Source of the DNA: the human T2T-CHM13v2.0 reference genome, Homo sapiens
Assembly: GCF_009914755.1 (NCBI RefSeq)
Contig: NC_060927.1
Reading direction: 5' to 3' (one strand)
DNA length: 64,000 bases
Every line of letters begins with the position of its first letter. Within the stretch, counting starts at the first letter, position 1. The position numbers and the translations under genes are program-made. Positions 25,367 through 40,399 of this stretch are shown here, one piece after another. Under the pieces are notes generated by a model that saw only the letters and a program-made list of their open reading frames with translations, had not been told where the DNA came from and did no database searches.

Positions 25367-26187
25367 TAGCAATGACCTAATACATGGCGAATCAACTTCA
25401 CTTCATGTTACCTCCATTGTTTACTGTTATGCGGCATTTAAACACATGTATATAAGTATGTGTTTATATGTAAATTGATGGCACTGGAGAAAATGTGGAT
25501 AGGGAAATAAGAAAAAGCATTTTCTCAGATGCAGCAATTTGTGGCCTTTCAGAACTCAACTCTCCAAGTCTTTTGTTTAATACTTTAATATTACGGGTTT
25601 GGTAATGTAATAAAGCAAATGAGAAAAGCACAACAAATCAAAGTGTTGCTAAGTTCAATCTATTTGCAAAGAACTGTATACATCCTTAAAGGAAAATAGA
25701 ACAATATCTCCTCAGGCTCTAGCCATGCCACAGCTTGTCCCTAGGATTACAAAACTTTGGGTGTTCTATACCAGCAACTCAACACGTGATTAGGTTTGTT
25801 TCCTTAAAAAGTATGGCATCAAACTGAATATCATTTCACAGCCAATATTTCATACATTGTAGGCCAAATGTATATAATAAATTTACACTGCCAGTTGCAT
25901 TAAATAGGAAAGTAATAATAATCAGGAAGGGGGGAAGAAATCACTTTACTGAATTTTTGCTTTGTGCATGATGGGCTTGTGATACCAAAGCTGGGGTTGG
26001 GGAATCTTATATTTTAAAATGTAGGTCTTTGAAGGAAAAACAAATATCTCATTCAGATTTTTTTAAGTGAATGAATGACAGGAGAGAAATCCCTTACCTA
26101 TTTTTAACCAAAAAAGATGCTTGAGATATTTGCATATGCTATTCCATTTATTTTGTTATTATAAAATAGACACTACCAGATGCTCCT

Positions 26188-26261
26188 AACTTTAAAAACT
26201 TCATTTTTAAAAAACTTCCTTTTTAAAAAACCACACTTTAAAAAATGAAGTTTTTAAAGTT
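26188..26261. repeat. Perfect 21-bp inverted repeat with 32-bp spacer
   Basis: AACTTTAAAAACTTCATTTTT (26188-26208) is the exact reverse complement of AAAAATGAAGTTTTTAAAGTT (26241-26261). Confidence 0.9.
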
Positions 26262-27022
26262 TCCTTTAAAAAATCTGTAAATGACTAAATGGGGAAAGGA
26301 CGGAGGTGAGGAGAGATTCTGATCTCTTTATGGGAATGGTTTATTTGTAATCATAAAATCTCTTGACCAAAGAATTTTACTAGTTATCAAGAAAATTCTA
26401 ATATGTTTATTCCACACTTATTTAATATAAAATTAAGATGTTTACTGTTGTATAATTTTGCAAAAATTTTTTTCAAAATGCTGTCAGGTTATAATTCCTC
26501 TGTGACCTATTCTATCATTTTCTTATTTTCTAAGTGATTATTTCTTTTGTTTATTGAAGTAAAAATGCATCCAAAATAAAGTTACATTTCTTAAGGTGCA
26601 GTGCATCAATATCGTAGGGCTACAGGATCAGAGGATAAACAATTTGAGAAATTCAAATGCAAATTTCCCAGGAGTAACTCCTCATACCTTGTTCTTGAAT
26701 GAAGAAAATTCCAAAGACAAATTATGAGTGTGCTTTTTAAAAGTAAATTTGCCTCCTTGAATTCCAGCCTAAAAGTCCAATCACAAGTAGTAAATCACAT
26801 TTTCAAAATTACTGTTTATAATTACTGTATCTCTGATTGGTAATCCTACATTACCCAAGCACTTTAAATTAATACAACTAAGAATTTCTAGATGTCCCTT
26901 CCCCTGGTTTCATTATCTTACTAACTCGAAAAATGTAACATTTTTGGCTCTTCTGTTCCCTGTACTACTGAGAGTAACGGGGTCTATTATGTAGGGTATT
27001 AGGTAGGGTTTCTAATTTCCAG

Positions 27023-27048
27023 AACAACAACAACAACAACAACAACAA
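27023..27048. repeat. (AAC)8 microsatellite
   Basis: Read directly from the sequence. Confidence 0.9.
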
Positions 27049-28264
27049 AATGCCACTTGCTTCCTTCTCTGGTCCCAGCCCAACAGAGGATTCTAATTTC
27101 TGCCGGAGGCATGTGCTATCAATCAATAATCACAGAGCTAGCCCCATGTCTCAGGGCCCTCATCTTTGCCAGCTGGTGCTCCTCTGCCAAGTTCTTGACA
27201 ACTCCTGTGGATGCCCAGTGGACAAGCCCTCCATCTGAACCCCATCAACTTGTCCCTTTAGTTAACTGACCTGAGAATCCTGCCAATCTAGTGTAGTGCT
27301 CTGGAAACAAAAATCACCCTAAAATATTTTCAGGGTTGCCTTTTCAACAACAAATACAGATTTCAAGTTATGTTCTAGAACTGGTATTTATCCCTTGGGG
27401 AAAGGCTGGGGAAAGACTCATAAACTTAGTAGACATCCCTGATCACCAAACATTGTGACTTTCGTTTGATTTGTAAGGGTAGTCTTGCAAGTTAAGTGGT
27501 GTTGGCTTCTGACTATTAAATGAAAGGCACTGAAAGATACCCTAAGCCTAGAAAGTTCTCTCAAATGGCTTTTCTAATAATGAGTACAGATATGCCCAGA
27601 TGTTTCAAGAGGAAACTTGTGATCAAAGAAGGTAATGAAGTTGAAAAGGCAAGAGTTGGATCTCTGAGTAAAAATAATTTCCCCTTGGAATCTGTGTGTG
27701 CATTTTCTAGGTATAAAAGTAGAGAGAAGGAATTCAGAAGTTTTTAAATAAACGTAGTTTCTCCTGCTCCCTTCTTTGCTATAGAATTAGAGCCTCAAAT
27801 GGAGAAAGCCTCTAGAATGACTTGGACATTTCCATTTTTCTTAAATGACTTCATATCCCATTTTGATAGAAGAAAAAAGATGTTCCCCTTAAAGCATTTT
27901 CCCCTGGAAGTCATTCATCTTGGCCATTTCAGTAAGAGTCATCTTTCCCATTTCTCTGACCACCAAAAGCATCAAATCACACAACGGCTAGGGATGTGAC
28001 ACAATATATAAATTTGAGGCATACCTTGTGTCTCAGGTAAGGCACAACATAAGTGATCATTTGATAATGATCAAAATACAAGTTCATGAACAAGTTAACT
28101 ATTTTAAGTAGAGCAGAGAAGTCTTCCCTATATCTTAAACATCTCAAGCTCTTCCAGTATGGATGGGTAGGGATGAAGTTATAGCTGTTGCCCTCAAACT
28201 GCTCATAAACCTCAGCTGATCTCTCTGCTAAAATGCCAGACATGTGAGGAGTCAAAGATTCTTG

Positions 28265-28680
28265 AATTGCAAGCAACAGTGTGTTTCAGTGAAACACACT
28301 TAAGAAAGGAATGGAGGGAAGGTGATTATGTCTCTCATGGAATTGAAGGAAATGCAGGCTCAGGAGAGGCTGCATATAGTCAACTATGGGACTGTAGAAC
28401 TGTTCACTCAACATTGACCCACTTCTGGATTAAGGAGTCCTGTTTCTTTTATTGTTTTGTTTCCTTCTTGAATCATTCCTGCTAAATTTCAACCTGCCAA
28501 GAGAAAAGATCTGATTGGCCTAACATGGAGTCATATGTCAGCAATTTCCCATGGAAGACGGCACACCATGACCAGCTACCGTCAAGACCACACACGATGA
28601 AAGGAGATAGCATTCCACAAAGGAAATGGGATGCTGGTACCAAAGAGAAAGACCAAAAAGTAACAAATATTCACCATCAT
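28265..28680 (-). mobile_element. Old MLT1 (K/L/J-like) LTR remnant
   Basis: TCTGATTGGCCTAAC.TGG.GTCA.ATG.C and CAAAGGAAATGGGATGCTG.TACCA motifs. Confidence 0.5.
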
Positions 28681-31166
28681 CATCTATCCTGTCAGTTAGA
28701 ATGGAAAGGTTGAAGAGCATCCTGGATAAATGCGCCTGTCCTGCCACTCAAGCAAATACGTGCAAGCCTCCTTTCAGATGACACACAAGAATAAATGGCA
28801 AAAATACATACAACCGTTTGGGTTCAGCCTTACAGAGCCGTGATTTTGGCTACATCCTTTAGAATCTTTGGGCTCTCAGTTTCTTGTCTATAAAATTAAT
28901 TTAGTAGCCTAAGTGACCCCTGGATTTTAAGAGTGTGGGTGCATATGTCTATATATCTCAGATTTGCCCTAATTACCGCTGGAATAAGACTGCACACATA
29001 AAATTTCCATTCATATCTTTCCGCAGAATGTGAATCATAGCAGGCACATACACATTTGTTCAGCAATAACTAAAGTGTCATTACCCGAAGAATGCTATCA
29101 GTGCCTTAGAACTCAGAACCGTAATACAGTTTGTAAGATCACAGAAGTCTTAATTTTCTGATCAGATTCCCTGTTAGTAGCAATGATTATTGCCAATAGA
29201 GTAAGGATAAAACAGGCCTGCATGTTAGGAATGTTTTAACCATTCCAAATGGTCTTATAGGTTGATGGGTCCCTAGCTGCTTTGTAATACTCTTGAATAT
29301 TAAAATACTGCTTCAAAATACCTTATTTTCATTAACTCAGAAGACTGAAGCCAAGTGTATATATGGTCTGCATCTTTTGGCAGGCCAGGATTAGCTTAGT
29401 TGGAAAAAATACCTTCCAAGTATCACACTAACTTAAAATACACGTACGGCTTTATTCTCTCCATACCTTTCCCCTGTGTCACTCGGAGAACTTTGGAAAT
29501 AAAGGTAGATTCTGCATGCCAAAAAAAACTCCCTACTTTCTATGTGTAAACTTTTATTTTGTTTGATTTTATCCAATTTTCCTCCCCATTCCCTGGTGAT
29601 GGGTGCCATTTTCCTATGTCATCTCAAATAATATATGGGGGATTACCTGAATATAATTTGCTAGGCAAGTGAATGAAAAATGCTTTCATTTACATGATTA
29701 ACTTTTAATTAACATTGTTAATTAACATTGATTTTTTAAAAAACTTTTTCAGCTGAAGTGTAACACTTAACATTGACCTTAACTTTTAAAATAAAAGCTA
29801 GGTGTTAAGAAAGCCCAGAGAAGTTGATGATTGATAACATGTATTATGATCTAGCTCCATGTGATCCGGGTAGAAGTTACGAAGTAATGTGCATTGTACC
29901 ATATAAAACCCTAATGATGGTTAATGTTAGCTAATTAAGATGAACATTGAATGGAGCCAGCCTGGCTCATAGGGGTATTAACATCCCATTAGAGTCTAAC
30001 AAAATATTATTTTAGTCAGAACTACATATGGTGAATCATTTTAGATTCTAAGACATATATTTGGAATCAAATTAGACACTAAAACCATATTCTAATCATT
30101 GTTGCCAATAGAGATAATGTTAAACACCTTCTTGAATTTAATGTTATACCACACAGTCTTTTTGTTTCATTTTGTTTTAATCTTAAACATAGAAGTATGC
30201 CATACTTTTATATATTACACCTAAGAAATCATGAATATTTGCCACCCCCAATTCTTTTAAACATCAGATATGTTTCATATTAACCCAGCTAACTGTAGTA
30301 AGGGTAATTCAAAACAGCCATTTCTATTGGCTACTGAAAACATCAGACTTTTCTATCTAGAATAATGTTCATTAATTTTCTTTTTTCTCTGGTAAAACAT
30401 ATTCAGGATGGATTTAAGCAGACATATCTGTGTGATGTGAGTAAGTCATTTTGCCTCTCTGGGACATAATGTCCTTGGCCTTCAGATGAAAGGATTGTAC
30501 CATAAGGTCAAGGTGTCTTTAGGTCCCAAAATACTTCATTTTAATATATTTTTCATTTATTCAACATTTGAATGCCTAAGCATGTCTGTAGACAGTGGGA
30601 ATACAGACATGAAGAAAGGTACTGTCTGATGAGTCAGACAGAAATATTTTTAAATTCCTATTTAGTTGGTAGGACTCAAATGAGGCAACACTCACTAAAC
30701 TTGTCGGTTTGTTTGTCATGAAAAATACTTACATAAGGTATATATCCTCTAGCCTATTCTTTCTGTGCCCTCTAAGGAAAGAGGTTGAGAATTGGCAGGC
30801 CTGGGGCTGAATGCTTGTGTATCTGAGAAGCAGGACTGGCATATGGGCCCACAAAAAGTAACAGCTACTCTGCACCAGTTTCACAACCTAGGAATAATTA
30901 TGTTTCTCAGGCAAAGTGTTCTGTGTAGTTAAATCATTTGAGCAGTATATTAAAACCCTATTTTTTTAAAGCAATCAAAGATATATAATACAGTCCAACA
31001 TATGCATGGAATGTTAAGGTAAGAGATGCTGCTTTGCTGAGACTCTTCTGTAGCTTTGACAGGAGGCCTTGGCCCTCATGCCCTCTCCTCCATGACATGG
31101 GGTCTCTTTGGTGGTAGAGAATGGGGAATACTGATTAGTAATCTATTCCGTGCCCACCCCACCCTA

Positions 31167-31211
31167 GCACGCATGTGCACGTGCACACACACATGCGCAC
31201 ACACACACACA
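31167..31211. repeat. Alternating purine/pyrimidine (CA/CG/TG) tract
   Basis: GCACGCATGTGCACGTGCACACACACATGCGCACACAC.. read directly. Confidence 0.8.
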
Positions 31212-31699
31212 TTTCGGTCTCTTCACTTCTCTGCACCTAATGCTCAGAGCAGCATCTCTACAGTAGGAACTCAATTATATGCTGAATGGATAAATACATA
31301 CAGACCCTTGTGCTTATAAAGTAATGAGTGGTCTCATTTGTTTCTAAACAGTAGATACACAAGAAATGTTTGAGTTAAAACAATGCTTTTAATGATGCCA
31401 TTAAAATATACATAAACATATTGATATGGAGGCCTCTTCCGTGGCAAATACTATAATATCCCTTGAACGAGACCCTCTGAAGGAAGATACCAGAAATATT
31501 TCTTATTTTATTTTTCTATTTATTGAAGTTGTGAAGGGAGAAAAGAATTAAAGTTGAATATTATATTCTCTTTAAATTTTAATACACACTGCATAAAACC
31601 AACCAGCTTCTGTGGAAGGATAAATCCTGTATTGTTAGACTGGTTGTGACGGTGACTGCAGGGGAGAGACAGGCCAGGGGAGGAGCCATTCATTCTACT

Positions 31700-31997
31700 T
31701 TAGGGTTGACAATTGTCAATGTCTAGGCCAAATCCAGCCTGGAGATATGTTTTATTTGGTCAACAATATATTTGGGTTTTAAAGTAGTTGCTACTATTTA
31801 AAAATGGGAAGATTTCTCAAAATACACTTTTCTGGCTTAAAGCCTAAAGAACAGGTAACAATGAATCCACATTCTTGTTGGGCCTGAATAGTGGCTGCCT
31901 CAGTGAGACAGGGCACCTACTCTCCTTGCCACAGCCCCAAAGAACTCTGCCCTAGGTTAATATCGAATTTCTTTAGGCATTTGAGTTTTCAAATCTG
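31700..31997. mobile_element. MER102-like hAT-Charlie element
   Basis: GGCCAAATCCAGCC..TGTTTT.TTTGG..ATTTAAAAATGGGA.GATTTC..TAGGCATTTGAGTTT terminal motif. Confidence 0.7.
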
Positions 31998-33317
31998 TCT
32001 TAGATGACCCTGTACCATTTGAACTTTTTTATTATCGATAAGAAAGTGGCATCTATTTTTGCAATTCATATCACTGAAGTGTGTTTAAGGCACAGAAAAT
32101 TGAAGAATTATTTTCAAGCAAGTGACAAAGCAATTTGTGCAGTATAATTCAACTTTTCAAATATATATGAATATATATACATTTAATGTTTGTATACATG
32201 TGAAGCATATTTTACATTTTACATATATATATAAATGTGAAATGAAACCTTCAAATATGTATGTAAATATAGAAAAAAGACTGGAAGGATATATTCCAGA
32301 ATATTAACAGTAGTCATAGTGATTCTCCACATGATGACATCTCAGAGGGCTTTTATTTTGAATTTTGGTTTTTTTCCATTTCCTATTTTTGCTTTTCTGT
32401 CTTTTCTACATTTCACACAATGAACAATGAATTGTTATCTTCTTGATAGGAAGGAGATTTTTTTAGATGGAGTTCAGCATGTGTGTGGTTCTCATTAGTT
32501 TCTGCATTTTTCTGGCTCCTTTGTAAGGAGTCTCTGCCCTGCATCTCATTGTAAGATCTGCCATTCGTGTTTACCTGCCAGCAGCACCCAGCTCTGTGTT
32601 TGTTTTTCTCCTCTGTGTACATACTGGTCTTTCCACTGCTCACATCCTGAGGTGGTTCACGTTGGAGTGACTGACAGTGAATCAAAATTAAAAACACCAG
32701 TTGGCATTAAAGGTCACTGCTTTATTAGAATTATTCATTCAAATACAATTAACTTACCCCTGCTCTGGGGAAAAAGGAAGAGTTTACTCCAGGGAGAAGG
32801 AAGGATCTAAAGGGTTCTCCATTTATAGCTTTTCTCCCATTCGAATTTTTTTTTCCCAACAACTTTATTGACATGACAGACAGCTTGAAACAAAGAAAGG
32901 GCAAAGAGTGGGAAGGTGTTTCCTTTGATACACACGAGGCAAGGCTAACTTCCTTATTTTGAACGCAGAATAAGGTTTGAGACAAGTGAGTTCTTAGAAA
33001 ATCTTGTTCACACAGTGATCCACATAACACAGAACACTGAAGTTTTGTCGACCTTTTTTATCCTAGTAGGATGAAGCACACTGAAGGACCATGACTCACC
33101 CACCACTCAGGCAGCCCTGGTCAGCACCTAGGAAAGGTGGCTCTATCATTTTTGCATCATGGCTACTTTTGAAATTCTGATAGTGCTACAGGAATGTATA
33201 CCATATGTACCTAAACCATTACAAACAAATTAGTGAGGCCTCTATTAGCATCCTCTCTAGAATTAAGAAATCCTGTCCTAGAGTAAGAACTCCTATCCTT
33301 ATGATTCATTCATTCGT

Positions 33318-33525
33318 GTTCAGCTTTGGAGTCAAGACAACCTGGGCTTCAAATTCTGACATGGCCCTGGGCAAATTACTTAATCCCTCTAAGGCTATAG
33401 CCTTATCTCTGCATGAGGATAAAAATAGTACCTATTCAATGATTGTTTCAGGGATTAAATTAGAATCTGTAATGTTCTTCATTGCATACTTCAAATAAAT
33501 GGAAGTATTGATAAATATTACTGTA
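33318..33525 (+). mobile_element. MIR
   Basis: GCTTTGGAGTCA.GAC..CCTGGG.TTCAAAT..GGGCAAATTACTTAA.CCCTCT. Confidence 0.75.
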
Positions 33526-33667
33526 ATTATTCATTACCTGTGTCCTGACAGTTGTGCTAAGAGTTAGAAAGAAAATGTTATTTTAAAAAGTATGAGCCAT
33601 GCCTTCAGGAAGCTTACGGTCTTCTCAAAGGATACCCCCAAAGAAGTAATGTAAGACGGCATGAAAT

Positions 33668-33895
33668 CAATAGAAGGATAAAGTAGGCTATTGGTAGTCT
33701 GGGACTGGAGGTGGGTGAGAATGGGGAGTGACTGAATGGGCATAAGGGATCTTTTTTGGTGTGATGGAAATGTTCTAAAATTGGATTGAGATGATGACTG
33801 AACCATGCTGTAAATTTACTACAAATCATTGAACCATATATTTTAAATTGGTAGATTTTATGATATGATAGAAATCATACTTCAAAGCTATTGAA
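33668..33895 (+). mobile_element. L1MB (MB7/8-like) 3' UTR fragment
   Basis: ATGGGGAGTGACTG..GGTGTGATGGAAATGTTCTAAAATTGGATTG..CTGTAAATTTACTA.AAATCATTGAA. Confidence 0.8.
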
Positions 33896-35858
33896 AGCAC
33901 AGAACAGCATAATAGTTGTGTATGTAGATTTATACTTAGGGCAGTGGTTGGACAGAGGAAAGAATGACCTCCTAGTACAGAGGAGGGGGTGTGAAGCTGA
34001 GTCCCAAAAGGTAAGTAGCATTTGGCAGGGTGCATGGTGACATTCCAAGCAGAGAAAGTAACTATCAAGTCCCTCAGGCAAGTAGGATCAAAGTAATTTG
34101 TTGAATCAAAATAAATGTATTGACTATCCTTACATCCAAAATATCACTTCCTCCTTATACAATGCAGAATGCCTGATTTGTTACTATCCTCTCTTTCCAA
34201 CCCCATCACAAGGTCTCCTTGACCCTAGAGAAAGTAAGGTAGACCTAAATTTGTAGATGTACCCACCTTCCTTTCAAGAAAAATAATAATTATTATTTTA
34301 AAAAAACATCATTGCCATGTATCTCTAAAGTCTGGTAGTCCAATTGTTATGACAGGCAATTTTAAATGTAAAAACTGCGATTTTAAATTGAATTTAATTT
34401 GAGGATGAGGAAACACATGAGAGTAGTGATTGTAGTGTTGTTTTCCATGTCCCACATAAGCAATTTTAGGAAAAAAAAAATAAGCCAAAAACATGGTCCT
34501 AGTACCCACTTCTCAGGGCCCCTTAGGATTTTCTCTGTGTGTACATGTGGAATAGAGAAAAGGCAGTGTAGCTTCATTTCTCAAAATGCTGAGTTCTCAA
34601 ACTCACTTAGAGATAGTCTTGATGAATGGTAATTTTAGCTCATGAAAACCAGGGTTTAGCTAGGCCCTTAATGTCTTAGTAGGTTACAAGTAATTGTATC
34701 CTGCAAAAAAAAGAAATGAGTTTTGAATTTGCATGTCATTTGTACAAAAGAATCAAAGTATCAACCCAAGAATGCCTTGGGCTATATCCGTCAATCATTG
34801 ACTAGAAAGCCAAGTGGCTGCAGATAATCACTCAGTATGTAAAGGGAAGAACCAGGGTTAGAACCCACTTTTGTGCCTCCCAGTCAGGGCCTCTCAGCAC
34901 TGCACTGGAAGACCCATTAATGCCACAACATACAAACACTCCCAGGCCACCAGAGGTAATGAAAGACAGTCTTTAAACAGAATGGAAGGAGTTGCTATTG
35001 GTACCTGATCAAAGAAAGTGAAGTTTGGAAAACAGGTGAGGCATGTGTCTGAAACAGGACTGGTGCACCACCTCCACAAAGCCCAAGGTTTGTATGTTAG
35101 GTTGTGGATGTGTTTCAGAAGCTCTGTTCTCATGTTATCATTCCTGGGTATGTAATTTCATTCTTGAGACCAAAAGATTCCAAAGAGATGCAATCTCAGA
35201 GCTAAATGCATCCTTCATATTCCCGAAGACTCATAAAATGAAAGCTCATGATTGGTTGTACACTTGGCTTGAAATTAACGCTTAATTATGCTCACCTCAT
35301 AGTCTTTGGAAGTTTTGGGTTTCTTTTAAGCTTTTCCTATTTCTGGTCCCAGGAACATAGCAAAGTTTGCCAGAGAAATAGACTTCCTATATGATTACAA
35401 ATAATCAGAAAGCAGTGTGTGTTTTACTTTCCCTTAGAAAGAAACACTGCAGTCAGGTCAAGAATGGTGTCAAATAAACAACTTTACCGTTTTGAATTTT
35501 TTAAAAGCTGAGGCTCCAGATAAAACAACTGCCTCTTGCACACAATATTCCCTGTGATCATATGTCATGATTGATGACAAGTCAAAACACACTTTGTTTA
35601 CTCAGCTTTAATGTGAATGTGGTGGTCAGGATCTTGTATGGTTCCGAATGTTATTAGATAAATAACGTCCATAAACGTGGTAAAGGTAGAGTTTTGTTTC
35701 CCAAACAATGGAATGTTTCCTTTCCACACTTTTTGGGGTCCATTTTTAAAAAGGAAATTCACAACCACTTTGTCTACTCAAAATGCTCGACTTTCTTCAT
35801 TGAAGGCTTCTCAAAGTCATTACTAATCTATACTTGATTCATTTTATGTGGTCTAGGG

Positions 35859-36398
<540 letters not shown>

Positions 36399-38526
36399 GT
36401 CTAGTTTTTTGAATATGGCATGAAGGTAAAGTATTCAGGGCCAACTAAATTTTATTAGATAAATAAGATTATTCACTACAATAGCATCATATAAAAGATT
36501 AATTATAACAAGAACTTAAATATCTTGAACAATACTGATTGTTTTAAACAAGTGAAATTGAATTACGTGGCCATTAAAAAAAAGAGGCAATCCTTAGTAT
36601 TCCCATCAGTCTTGAGTGAGCAATATGGCATTTTCCAAGTAAAAATCCAGAATTTCTTTTTTCTTTCTTTCTCTGCATATTCCTATGGCATGCTGAAAGG
36701 AACAATCGCCTTCCATTTTTTTTTCCAGGAAATACTGCACCAACTCCATGGGAAAACACAAGTGAGTTTTTGTTTTTTTTTTCTTGCTGACTAAAACATT
36801 CCCCTGAGAAATTTCAGTCTTTTTTTTATACCACTATAGTTTATCCTTGGCCTTTCCGCAAACATATTTTAAGAAATTCTTTGCATATTCGTCTTCACTG
36901 GCGCTTCTGGTGTTATAATGAGGCATTTGTTATAAACATTAGTGACCATAATCAGATTTTAGTTTGAAATCTTATATCGGCAAACTTATGTAGGAAAGAG
37001 TAGAAGTGCAGACAACATTACTGAAGAAACAGTTAATACAATTTAAATAAAAAGGTTTATGGCTAATTTCAACTCATTTAGTGAATTGTAATCATATGAT
37101 TACCTATAGAACCTCCATAGTATGATATTTGAAAGATCAAAGTTAGTGAAAAGTCAGCATGTAATTAGTTTCTTGCTTTGGAGCATTAGGTAGAATTACT
37201 GCAAAGAGGCAAAACTATCATTTTATAGAGACCCTTAGGAGATTTATAACGATGGTAGACAAATATATGCATACAATATCAGATGGTGTGCTAAAATTTA
37301 ATTTTCATGAGAAAATGTGGTTGAAGATGATCACAATACGTGGGGATGTTCTTATTTTAATATTGGTGGATGTTATTAGAGAATCATATCAAAAGATATG
37401 TCACCAGGGAGAAAATATCATTTATAAATCACTAATGAGTAGCAAACAGTGTTTAGCTTGGAGGTATAAGGCATCTCTTCACAATGTGCATTTATGATCA
37501 AACACAAAAGATCAAGTGCAGAAAGAATAGTAGATCTATATTTTATCTCATTCTGCTAAGGAATATTTTTCTATACTTAGAGTTTCAGTGCCTACACTGT
37601 GTTTCCTGTTCATCAGAGAAGACTCTGCAATTAGAAAAGGATTTTTATGATGTCTAATTTGGAACTTAGCTAGTAAGATAATACATGACTGTACAGATTA
37701 TGTATTGTATAGATTTTATTTATGTCTTTAGAGTAAGACATAGTTGTGCAGTCAGTTTATCCAGGAGAAAACGCCAGGAAATCTCATGGCTGACAACAGA
37801 CATCCTCTGGGGACATTTTGAGATTTCTTGCCTTTAAATATAAGGTAAATTCAAATGGTTCTCAAGCTGTAGAGTGTAGTTCTTTGGGCCTTTAATCATC
37901 CATCTTTTCACTGTGTTAGGGTCCATCTAAAATCATTTCCTAAGAAAAATCCTAGGCATGGTCCCAGGTAAATGCAGGACTCTGAATACCTCTGAGCAGC
38001 AGGTGAATCATCTTCAGGAAAATTATGAGACCTTCTTAAGTACCCTATTCTTTAATGAGATGATATCAACCCATTTTTCCTCAGCTTAACAAACTCTTAA
38101 AATGTATGTCTCCAAACCTACCTAGAAACCTAGATGAACCACCGTCCGGGCCAACAGTTACCTTGAACCATTTTTTAATGATGCATATGTGGTTCATCCA
38201 TTTTTCTGGAATACCTCATATTTGCCTCTGATCATTGGAAAGCTATGACCCTAAATCACATTGCTCTTGGGTACAATGCCATCTTACTGTACTGAAGACA
38301 GGGACAAGCTAGAGCCTTGAGAAATGTTTTGTTACGCCTGTTACATAGACCTTGTTGTTCATGTTACTAAGCACCTTCTTTATGAAAACACTTGGAGGCT
38401 TTTCTTTCTTGTCTTAGTATCAAGAACATTGCCCCTGCTAAAGAGCTGATTTGTGTTTATCTCATGGAGAATGTCATGTTCTGCTATTGATGTTAACTGC
38501 CAAGAATTTTATAATCAGATTTGTCA

Positions 38527-38720
<194 letters not shown>

Positions 38721-39538
38721 TTAAAAAAAGAAAGTCAGAGGGCACGTGCTCTATATTGCAGGTGTTGGGTTGTGATCAAGAAGCTTCATGCATAGGCAAT
38801 CCCCAAATTAAACATCATAAAAATCCTTTTCTAAGGGTGGACATTCGTGATGATGAACATTTGTAGTTCAACTCTACTTCTCCATTTCATCTAATGTCAC
38901 TGCCCATATTGTTTCTTTTTCTCATCTTTCATATTTCTATCTTCTCTTACTGTATAGTATGGCTTTGTAAGTCATTTAAAATCTTTCTGGTAACGAAACA
39001 GAGACAATAAATAAAATGACTATAGTCTACAGAACTTACAGTCTAGTTATTTCACATTAATAAGTTGGCAGGTCTTCAGGGAAATCAGATAGGCAGATTC
39101 TCATATTTTCTATGTGTTTTTTCCCATGAAATTCTTGGGATTCCTTCAGAAGGTACTGCACCACTAGTTCAGGCGACTGTTGACTATGCTAGGCTGTCTC
39201 AATAGAAAAAGGATAAAGGAGAACTGGAAATATTAAGAAGGTAAGAATTCAAAGAGCAGACCAGGATATTCATAGGAATGTCATGGAAGCCTGCAGGCAC
39301 GGAGATAAGAGATAAGAATATACAATATCAGCAGTGTAGAAATTTCAGATGGAGGAAGCGGTACAGAGCAGTATCTTATTTATTACCAGCCAGATTCTGT
39401 TTTGTTGCTGTGGAGAATCACCAGACATCCTTAAATTAATACCTGCTGCTAGTCACTCTGGGAGATCTTAGAGTTGCCTATGCATGAAGCTTCTTTATCA
39501 CAACCCAACACCTGCTATATAGAGCATGTGCCCTCTGA

Positions 39539-39844
<306 letters not shown>

Positions 39845-40399
39845 GCCCTCCGATATTTGAATTAGGTTCACAAAACCCCTTGTTAGTTTGGTTGGCCCAC
39901 AACACATTCTTGCATATGGTTTTTTCCCCTCAAATAGTACTTGCTTTTGTTCTATTTCCATTTAAAGTTCTCTGACATAAGGTTGATTATTTCTCTGGGC
40001 TTCCCCTAAAGTTCTGCTAAAATAAATTCCATTTACTCCATATCACTATATTTGAAGTCAGAAAGCATGTCAAAAACTTTGTTAAACTTAGCAAAAATTA
40101 TTATATATTCTCTCAGCTTTCTAATTTGAAAAAGACAAAAGTGATTCGCTACAATAGATTGACCCAAATATAATAGGCAGGGTTGGATATTGTCTCAAAT
40201 GTCCTTGTAAAAGAATGAGAAGTTCTTTATTGGAGTTGTTTAGGAAAAAGGCAAGTGATGGGTGAAAAGGTGTTCTGATGGAATTGTCTGTACTTTTAGA
40301 GCCAAGGTAAGTAGTATGTTTAGTAAAACAATGAATATTTTTAGGGTAAACAAGTTTTAATGTAATCATTTAAAAATTTCCCAACTGTTGGAAAATTAA

